64,000 nucleotides of DNA from Verrucomicrobiota bacterium. GTDB taxonomy: Bacteria > Chlamydiota > Chlamydiia > Chlamydiales > SM23-39. Below are positions 28,950 to 36,310 of this stretch, piece after piece. The stretch covers positions 11,763 through 75,762 of the forward strand of contig JAGWKU010000001.1 of assembly GCA_028873375.1 (NCBI GenBank), given 5' to 3'. The position numbers and the translations under genes are program-made. The notes below the pieces were generated by a model, which saw only the letters and a list, made by a program, of their open reading frames with translations, had not been told where the DNA came from and ran no database searches. How positions within the stretch are numbered: position 1 is the stretch's first letter; each line of letters starts with the position of its first letter.

Positions 28950-30134
28950 ATGGCTCTGTTTCGCTACGAAGCCCTCAATGAACGGGGAAAGAAAATTTCA
29001 GGTGCACTAGATGCGGAGAGTCTCTCCGATGCTAAACAAAAATTATTCAAACAATCGATTTTTTTAACGCGTATTGAGCCGCTGAGTCATGCCCCTTCCA
29101 AATCTCTCCTCAAGAAAGGAGAGGTGCTCAACTTAACGAGAGAATTAGCTCGCCTTTTGCGCGCGGGTCTTCCGCTCTATGAATCGCTCTATGCAATGGA
29201 AGAAAAATACCGCGGGCAAAAAGCTCAACGACTTTTTCTCGACCTTTGCGAGCAAGTGAAAGCTGGCCGCTCTTTTTCAGCCGCTCTTGCAAGACATCCA
29301 AAAACTTTTGATTTGTTATATGTTGCAATGATCGCTAATGCCGAGACAACGGGTCGGTTGGGGCCTGCTTTGGAGGAATTGAGTGTTTTGCTCAGCAAGC
29401 AACAGCATGTGCGAAAGCAGCTGATTAACGCGCTGTTGTATCCCACACTTCTTTTTGGGTTTTGCTTGTTTGTTTTTGGTTCTCTTCTTTTCTATGTCGT
29501 CCCCTCGTTGGAAGAACTTTTTGAAGGCCGAGAGTTGCACCCCTTTACCCAAATCGTTTTCTCTATTAGTCATGTTGCATGCCGTTCAAAGTTTTTTTTG
29601 GCTTCGCTCCCCGTGGCAGGAATCGGACTGGGATTTGCCATCGCTCTCTTGCCGAAATGGAAAGAAAAATGTCAGACCTATTTCTTGCGGCTCCCTCTTT
29701 TGAATCGACTTTTTGCTAAAGTAGCGCTCATTCGTTTTTGCCGTGCGTCGGCGACGCTGCTTGAGGGCGGGGTCCCCATTGTCGCTGCCTTTTCTCAAGC
29801 TCGAACGACCATGCGCCATCTCATTTTAGAAGAAGTGGTTCGACATGCTGAACAAGTGATTGCTCAAGGCGAGCCAATCCATGCTCCTTTTACCGGCCAT
29901 CCACTCATTCCCCCCCTCGTGCCTCGAATGCTCGGGATTGCCGAAGAAGGGGGCAACCTTCCCAGCATGATGCGGCAAATTGCGGAAATTTATGAAGAAG
30001 ATCTAGAACAAGCACTGGCTCGTTTTTCCACTGTTGCACAGCCTGCATTACTCCTCTTTTTAGGAGCTATTGTAGGTTTTGTTCTCCTCTCGGTATTATT
30101 GCCGATTACAGATGTTGGTTCATTTGCAAATTAA
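28950..30134 (+). CDS. gspF: Type II secretion inner-membrane platform protein
   Basis: GspF signature: LTRELARLLRAGLPLYESL, LLEGGVPIVAAFSQ, three TM segments, C-terminal LLFLGAIVGFVLLSVLLPI. Confidence 0.93.
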   Translation: MALFRYEALNERGKKISGALDAESLSDAKQKLFKQSIFLTRIEPLSHAPSKSLLKKGEVLNLTRELARLLRAGLPLYESLYAMEEKYRGQKAQRLFLDLCEQVKAGRSFSAALARHPKTFDLLYVAMIANAETTGRLGPALEELSVLLSKQQHVRKQLINALLYPTLLFGFCLFVFGSLLFYVVPSLEELFEGRELHPFTQIVFSISHVACRSKFFLASLPVAGIGLGFAIALLPKWKEKCQTYFLRLPLLNRLFAKVALIRFCRASATLLEGGVPIVAAFSQARTTMRHLILEEVVRHAEQVIAQGEPIHAPFTGHPLIPPLVPRMLGIAEEGGNLPSMMRQIAEIYEEDLEQALARFSTVAQPALLLFLGAIVGFVLLSVLLPITDVGSFAN

Positions 30135-30144
30135 AGGATTTATT

Positions 30145-30510
30145 ATGAAAAAAAGAACCTTAACTCTTCTCGAAGTGATGATTGTGATTCTATTGATTAG
30201 CCTCATCACAGGCGTCATCGGTTATAATATGAAGGGATCGCTCGACAAAGGGAAAAAATTTAAATCGATTCAAGCTAAAGAGCAGTTGCACGACATGCTT
30301 TTGATGTGTGTTGCTGAAGGAAAAGATCCGGAGAAAGTTCAGAAAGAACCTGAACAAGCACTCAAGGCACTTGGCCTTGCAAAAGATCTTAAGAAGCTGA
30401 TGAAAGATGGGTGGGGAGCTCCTTTTAGCATTACTCTGACTTCGGATAAAAAAGATTTTGAAATTACTTCCAAAAATAAACATTTTTATGAAGAGAAAGA
30501 AGGAGAATAG
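30145..30510 (+). CDS. gspG: Major pseudopilin
   Basis: Prepilin-like N-terminus RTLTLLEVMIVILLISLITGVIGY; DGWGAPF. Confidence 0.85.
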   Translation: MKKRTLTLLEVMIVILLISLITGVIGYNMKGSLDKGKKFKSIQAKEQLHDMLLMCVAEGKDPEKVQKEPEQALKALGLAKDLKKLMKDGWGAPFSITLTSDKKDFEITSKNKHFYEEKEGE

Positions 30511-30964
30511 ATTCTTCACCCTCCTTGAAGTGATGGTGGCAATTGCTATTTTGGCTATTGCGGGCGGCGCAATGTATTGGCGCGTCGATCGATGGCTTGA
30601 AGTACAACGTTTTAAACAGGATACGAATCGCCTGGAGAGTTTTTTGTTGTATGCGCAGGCGCTCGCAATCAATACCCATGCCGATTGGCAGGTGGTCATT
30701 GAAAGCGGAAAAGAGGGATGTAAAGTCAGAATTTTGTGTGTAGAAGACCCTGAGCGATTGAATTTTGCAAAGCAGCCATCCCCTCTCCATAAAGGACAAC
30801 TTTATTTCAATCATGCATTGACAAATAGGGTCATTGTAGATTTTTTTTCAACCGGTCACGTGGCGCCCACAGGAGTATTGACACTACGCTATAAAGAGTC
30901 GAAGAGGGAGTTTCTTTTACCTCAGCTCTTTCGCCAGGAAGAAAATCCGACTTGCCGAAATTAG
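30488..30964 (+). CDS. Pseudopilin (minor), GspH-like
   Basis: N-terminus ENRFFTLLEVMVAIAILAIAGGAMYW; overlaps gspG. Confidence 0.75.
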   Translation: MKRKKENRFFTLLEVMVAIAILAIAGGAMYWRVDRWLEVQRFKQDTNRLESFLLYAQALAINTHADWQVVIESGKEGCKVRILCVEDPERLNFAKQPSPLHKGQLYFNHALTNRVIVDFFSTGHVAPTGVLTLRYKESKREFLLPQLFRQEENPTCRN

Positions 30965-31005
30965 AATTTTTCTCTACCTTTAAAGCAAAATGGTTCCCAA
31001 ATATC

Positions 31006-33633
31006 ATGAAAAAAATCTTCTTTCTTTTAGTTCTTAGTTTTTCCTCTCTCGGTTTTGCTGCTGCAACAGAGATCACCGCAGAATCGCTCCCTCAATTGGT
31101 CCTTTCTCTAAAGGCGCGGGAGCCGAATTGGCGAGCTGATGTGGCAAAATCTTATTCGAACGGCAGTCCGCAGGTGGTCCTTTTTTACCAGCCTTTATTA
31201 GATGGCGGAGAAATTCCAATAAAAGAAATTTTATTCCACGAAAATGGACGAATCCAAGCTGAAATGGACGTCATTTTGGTCGATGAAGGATCTTCAGTCG
31301 CTAAAGAATGGGGATCCAATATAGTCGTCCATGGAATGAGGGTCGATTTCAACCCAGAGGGACAACTTGCAAAAGCAGCTTCCTTTGAACGGGGCGTTTT
31401 GCGCGGAGAAGTCCGTTTCTTTTCTCCAGAAGGAAAAGTGCTTCTCTCTCAATTTTTCTCGCACGGGAAGCCCAATGGCCGAGCACTTGCTTTTTATGAA
31501 AATGGGAAACTGAAAGAAGAAGCTTTCTACTCCAACGGAGAGTTAGATGGCGACCTCGTCCAATATTATGAGACTGGGACCAAAGCTGCATTGATTCCTC
31601 ACAAAGAGGGAAAAGCGGATGGCCTCGCGATGGAATGGTATGCGAATGGGACTGTTCGAGCGCAGCGCCGGTTTTCTAAGGGTCAGTTGGAAGGAGATGG
31701 CAAAAATCCTGCTGTCATTCTGTACGATGAAGAACACCGAGTTCGCGAAGTGGCTGACTTCCGAGGTGGAAAACCATTTGGGTTCCACACTCGTTATCAT
31801 GAAAATGGAAAAGAACAGTATCGCGTTCAGTACAGAAATGGAGTCAAAGTTGGCAAAGAACTCACCTTTGCAGAAAACGGGACTCTGTTAGGACAAGGAA
31901 TTTATGAAGAGGGAATCCCAGTCGGGAAACATTGGCGCAATCACCCCGATGGATCTGCAGCATATCGAGCAGAATATGATCAGCAAGGGAAACTGCTCGG
32001 AGCAATCAACGAATTTCATGAAAATGGTCAGAAGAGCCGCGAATATTGGATTCTGAATGAAAAATTGGATGGCCTTTACACAGAATGGTATTCTGATGGT
32101 CAGGTAAAAGTTGAGTACCATTATTCAGTTGGCAAGTACGACGGAGAACAAAAAGAGTATTATCCTTCTGGCCAAATCAAAGTACATACTCGTTATAAAG
32201 ACGAAAAGCGAGATGGTCTGCATGAAGAGTGGCATGAAAATGGAGTATTAGCAAAGAAAGTCAATTTTGCCGCTGGATTGAAAGACGGTCCTTCTGCAGA
32301 GTGGTACGCCAATGGGAATACGAAATTAGATGCCTATTTCCAAGCCGATCATCCAGATGGCGTCCAGTCAGAATGGTTTGAAAATGGTCAGCTAAAAACG
32401 CGGGTCGAATATTCGTTTGGCTTAAAACAAGGGATGCATCGCGAGTGGAATGAAAAAAGTGGTGTTCTGTTTGAAGCCACTTATTATCGCGATTTAGTGG
32501 AAGGTTCTCTTCTTACTTGGTGGGATTCTGGTCAAATTCGGACACGACTCAATTTTGAAAATGGCCTAAAAGAAGGGGTCCAACAATGGTTTTATGAAAA
32601 TGGCCAGTTGGAAAGAGTAGCAGTCTTTCATCGCGATTTGAGCGAGGGAGATCTCACTGCATGGTACAATGATGGCTCCATTCAATCGATCCAACATTTT
32701 CACGATGGGAAACCGATCGGCGAACATCGAGAATACTATCCATCAGCGCAAGCCGGGCAACCCGATGAAGAAAGGCTCGCACGCTGTGTGCACTACGATG
32801 AAGAGGGAAAGCTTCACGGTGCTGAAACGACTTTTTATCGAGATGGGAAAACCCAAGGCATTATTTTTTACGACCATGGCAAACTCAACGGAATGAAAAA
32901 ATTGTGGGATGCACAAGGAGCCTTGGTTGAAGAAGCGAACTATTCTCAAGGAAAATTGGATGGACGTTTCTTTCAAAAAATGGCCGATGGTCGAGAAATC
33001 GTTTTTACATATCGAGATAACTTCAAAAATGGTCTGCACGAGATCTTTTATGCCTCATCAACGAGTGGGCGGAAAATAAAAGCGGTCGAGGCCAATTTTG
33101 AAAGTGATCAATTACACGGATTGGTGACTGAATATAATGATCGCGGACTCAAAATTGCTGAAACGCCTTATGAAAAAGGGGTGAAGCAGGGCCGTGCTCG
33201 GCTATTTGGGGCTGACGGGAAATTGGTCACGACGGTCGATTACTTCAATAATCAACGCGAAGGGTTGATCACTCATTATTTCCCCAATGGCGCTGTCTTC
33301 CGAGAAACGCCTTATGTAACAGACAAGCGGGAAGGCGATGAGAAAACCTATCATGAAGATGGCTCTCTAGCTTCGATTTTCCACTATCAAGACGATCAGC
33401 TGCATGGCCTTTCTCAAAGCTGGAATCGGGAAGGGACGCTTGTCTTTGAAGCGGAATACCACAAAGGTCAGCGACACGGCTTCTTTAAGAAGTATTACGA
33501 AAGTGGAAAACCTCTCTTGGTTCAGTTCTTTGCCTTTGATAAGCCAAACGGTGAAAAGCGGAAATATGATCAAAATGGCAATATGACCGTTTCTTACTAT
33601 AAAGAAGGCGAATTGCTAGAAGCTACACGCTAA
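31006..33633 (+). CDS. Secreted MORN-variant (YwqK-like) repeat protein
   Basis: Signal peptide MKKIFFLLVLSFSSLGFAAATE; many repeats of the form YYENGQLK...Y.NGKLDGLYTEWYSDGQVK. Confidence 0.85.
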   Translation: MKKIFFLLVLSFSSLGFAAATEITAESLPQLVLSLKAREPNWRADVAKSYSNGSPQVVLFYQPLLDGGEIPIKEILFHENGRIQAEMDVILVDEGSSVAKEWGSNIVVHGMRVDFNPEGQLAKAASFERGVLRGEVRFFSPEGKVLLSQFFSHGKPNGRALAFYENGKLKEEAFYSNGELDGDLVQYYETGTKAALIPHKEGKADGLAMEWYANGTVRAQRRFSKGQLEGDGKNPAVILYDEEHRVREVADFRGGKPFGFHTRYHENGKEQYRVQYRNGVKVGKELTFAENGTLLGQGIYEEGIPVGKHWRNHPDGSAAYRAEYDQQGKLLGAINEFHENGQKSREYWILNEKLDGLYTEWYSDGQVKVEYHYSVGKYDGEQKEYYPSGQIKVHTRYKDEKRDGLHEEWHENGVLAKKVNFAAGLKDGPSAEWYANGNTKLDAYFQADHPDGVQSEWFENGQLKTRVEYSFGLKQGMHREWNEKSGVLFEATYYRDLVEGSLLTWWDSGQIRTRLNFENGLKEGVQQWFYENGQLERVAVFHRDLSEGDLTAWYNDGSIQSIQHFHDGKPIGEHREYYPSAQAGQPDEERLARCVHYDEEGKLHGAETTFYRDGKTQGIIFYDHGKLNGMKKLWDAQGALVEEANYSQGKLDGRFFQKMADGREIVFTYRDNFKNGLHEIFYASSTSGRKIKAVEANFESDQLHGLVTEYNDRGLKIAETPYEKGVKQGRARLFGADGKLVTTVDYFNNQREGLITHYFPNGAVFRETPYVTDKREGDEKTYHEDGSLASIFHYQDDQLHGLSQSWNREGTLVFEAEYHKGQRHGFFKKYYESGKPLLVQFFAFDKPNGEKRKYDQNGNMTVSYYKEGELLEATR

Positions 33634-33653
33634 ATGTAAAGCCGCTTTACATT
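33632..33653. repeat. palindrome AAATGTAAAGC-C-GCTTTACATT overlapping the MORN-gene stop codon
   Basis: Palindrome starts at the second base of the TAA stop (33631-33633). Confidence 0.95.
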
Positions 33654-33686
33654 GTTATAAGCAAAGAAAAAATAATCGCTACAGCT

Positions 33687-33961
33687 CGTCGGGATGCTCC
33701 GCCCCTGCCTCCAGGGGCCTACCTGCGGCTTCGAGGACCAGTCGCTACGCTTCTTTTCGCGGTATTCCCACCCCTAAAGGCGCATCGCCTTTAGGGGTGG
33801 GAATACGCGATAGGACGGCCTTTAGGACGTCCGGTCGGCAAAGTCGCAGTTAGGGTCCCTGGGCCGCGGGGGCTGCGGAATCGGGGAAAAGGTTCAGTGA
33901 ACCTTTTCCCCGCGGAGCAGGTGAGCGGAGCGAACTGGCCCCGAAGGGGAGCAGCCCGACG
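33687..33961. repeat. 275-bp GC-rich palindromic element with terminal inverted repeats
   Basis: Terminal repeats CGTCGGGaTGCTCC (33687-33700) / GGAGCAgCCCGACG (33948-33961); hairpins GCCCCTG/CAGGGGC (33701-33718), 20-bp perfect stem 33763-33782/33786-33805, 15-bp perfect stem 33882-33896/33898-33912. Confidence 0.85.
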
Positions 33962-34007
33962 GGCTATAGAAGTTAAGTATTATTTATTCAGCAACTTCAA
34001 TTGATTT

Positions 34008-34574
34008 TCAAATAGTTACGTCTAAAATCGGCAAACGGAATTGGTGAAGATGGGCAATTCCGTAACGGCGGCTTTCTATGAGGTCGAGGCCTGGGTAGGC
34101 TGGAGGAGGCGCTTTCGGCTTATACCGTTCTTCTAAAAAAAGTAAGCCTCTAGGTGCAAGGAGCTTGCGCTCTACAATTAGCGCGATGAGAGGCTCAACT
34201 TTCAGGTCGTAGGGGGGATCTATATAGATGAAATCGTAGGGGCTCAGGAGCCGAGAGAGGGCTAGAGAGGCGTCCATTGAAAGGATTTGGACCTGGGGTT
34301 CGACTTGAAGAAAGACCGCATTTTCTCGAATGCATGCAGCTGCTCGTTTATCTCGTTCGACAAATGTGACAAATGAAGCTCCTCTGCTGATAGCTTCAAA
34401 TCCAATTGCTCCACTTCCTGCAAAGAGATCTAAGATGCGTGCGTGAGCGATGAAATCTTGGCATATATTGAAGAGAGCTTGTCTCAATAAGCTTGTTGTA
34501 GGGCGAGTTTGAGGGCCTTTTGGAGTTTTGAGAAAGCGGCCGCCAAAAAGGCCGCCAATGATGCGAAGGGTCAT
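34008..34574 (-). CDS. rsmD: 16S rRNA (guanine(966)-N(2))-methyltransferase
   Basis: RIIGGLFGGRFLKTP, LFAGSGAIGFEAISRGA, YDFIYIDPPYD. Confidence 0.92.
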   Translation of the reverse strand: MTLRIIGGLFGGRFLKTPKGPQTRPTTSLLRQALFNICQDFIAHARILDLFAGSGAIGFEAISRGASFVTFVERDKRAAACIRENAVFLQVEPQVQILSMDASLALSRLLSPYDFIYIDPPYDLKVEPLIALIVERKLLAPRGLLFLEERYKPKAPPPAYPGLDLIESRRYGIAHLHQFRLPILDVTI

Positions 34575-36310
34575 TCGAAAGCCGCTTGAAGATCGAAAGG
34601 TTCGAGAAGACTTTTTGCAATTTCAAGATGTTTTGGGTTGTCATCAGCCACATAGAGTTCATACTGGAGATAAGCCTGTTTCAAAGCCCACTCCGAGCGG
34701 AGGGTGTGGCCGCCCTTTTTTGCATTGAGGAACGAAATGTTTTTCTTAATGTTTAACCATCGATCTTTCAGGCGGCCTTGCACAAAGAGAATAAAATCGT
34801 CCAATGTTTCTGTTGTTCCAATGATTACGTAAGGTTGGCCCATGTAAAGATGGGGAGCGACTGAAGATTTTGGATAGAGCTCGATTTTCCCGCTGGGGCC
34901 GCGCGAAACCGCTGTTGCAGCGAGGTTCTTAGCGACCGGGTATTTGATATTTTTAATGAGCTTAAGGAGTTTTCGCTTAATTCCACGATTGGTTGAGGAA
35001 GAATAGAGACGACCTTTATTAAAGGCACATACCGTATCGAGAGTAGCGAGGTGTTGATCGGAATTCATTCCAATGGCGTAAAGAGCGGTGCGGCCTGCAT
35101 TGCGAAGAGACCAATCGTGGAGAATTTCTCTTTGAAAATTCTTTTTCCCTAAATTTTCTGCATCGGAAAGAAGAATGGCTGTATAAAGCTCGTTTTCTTG
35201 CACTTCTGCTGGAATGGTTTGCAAAAGAGGTTTGTAGAGATCGGGGAAAGAAAAAAAACTGCCGAGAATGATTTTGTCTAAGAAAGTCTCTGCGCGAACT
35301 TGAGCTTGGGGGGTCGCAGGGGTAAGAGTGGGAAACAATTTTTCAACTTTGCTATCGAAAATGAGCACGTTGAATGAGTCATCGGCATCGAGTTCGTTGA
35401 TTGCTTTTTCAACTGCATTTTTCGAAGCAATGAGGCGGTCTTGTTGAATTGAGTTAGAGCGGTCGATCAGGAAGAAAATGTTTTGTCGCAGCTTAGGGAG
35501 GTCAAGATCAGGATGAGCGACAAATGTAATGGCAAAAATATAGCCCGGCCCATCTTCGCGGGGAAGAAAGACCACTTCTGAATCGAAGCAATTGGAGAGA
35601 TTGACCGTTTCAAGCTCCGAGAGAGAGGGAAACTGCGGCATATTGGGAGAAGGAAGAGTGGGAGTAGCAGGCTTGGGAAGAGAGACTTCATTGAGTACAG
35701 GCGCAGAAAGAACGAGGGGTTCTGAAAATGGAATATTCGAGGCGGAGAGGGTGTGGTGGTCGAGAGCAGGTGCTTCCGCGATGAGGGCATTACTCGAAGA
35801 ATTTTCTATATTGGGAAGGAACTCGGGAGGCGTTTTTTCTTCAGGAGGGGTGGATGCCAATAGATCATGAGGCAGAGAAGCAAAGAGATCGAGGGGTTGA
35901 AGAGGGGGTAAGGTGAAATTGCGAATGGGAAATAGATCATTATTGGCTGCGAGGAGCTGTTCGATGGGGAATGGGAGCGGAAGCGGGGGCGAAATGGAGG
36001 GTTCGGGGACGTTGATTGAGCGGTGAGTGAGTCGAAGAGGCGTGGGTTCTACTGTAGGTGTGAGAGGCGTTGGGGTTTGTTCACTGGCTGGAGGTGTTTC
36101 AAATGCTTCGCGGAGGATTTTATCGCGAGGAGCTTTGTCGGTGAGCTGGAGCCAGGGGGTTTCGATTCCTGCGACATGAGGGGTGGCATGAGAATAAAAC
36201 CAGAGAGAGTGCCGCTGGAGGAAGGCAAGAAATCCAGTATGTACGCTAAAGGAAGTAACGATGCAGAGCGAGAGGAGGAAACGGCGAGTTGGTTTAAATG
36301 GGCTGTTCAT
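34571..36310 (-). CDS. VWA-domain membrane-anchored/secreted protein
   Basis: N-terminal TM, Pro/Ser/Leu-rich middle, C-terminal VWA domain with MIDAS-like FFLIDRSNSIQ. Confidence 0.75.
   Translation of the reverse strand: MNSPFKPTRRFLLSLCIVTSFSVHTGFLAFLQRHSLWFYSHATPHVAGIETPWLQLTDKAPRDKILREAFETPPASEQTPTPLTPTVEPTPLRLTHRSINVPEPSISPPLPLPFPIEQLLAANNDLFPIRNFTLPPLQPLDLFASLPHDLLASTPPEEKTPPEFLPNIENSSSNALIAEAPALDHHTLSASNIPFSEPLVLSAPVLNEVSLPKPATPTLPSPNMPQFPSLSELETVNLSNCFDSEVVFLPREDGPGYIFAITFVAHPDLDLPKLRQNIFFLIDRSNSIQQDRLIASKNAVEKAINELDADDSFNVLIFDSKVEKLFPTLTPATPQAQVRAETFLDKIILGSFFSFPDLYKPLLQTIPAEVQENELYTAILLSDAENLGKKNFQREILHDWSLRNAGRTALYAIGMNSDQHLATLDTVCAFNKGRLYSSSTNRGIKRKLLKLIKNIKYPVAKNLAATAVSRGPSGKIELYPKSSVAPHLYMGQPYVIIGTTETLDDFILFVQGRLKDRWLNIKKNISFLNAKKGGHTLRSEWALKQAYLQYELYVADDNPKHLEIAKSLLEPFDLQAAFE

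Noticed and set aside
30190-30699. 169-aa minus-strand ORF
   Set aside because: Antisense to gspG and the minor pseudopilin, both with clear prepilin N-termini.
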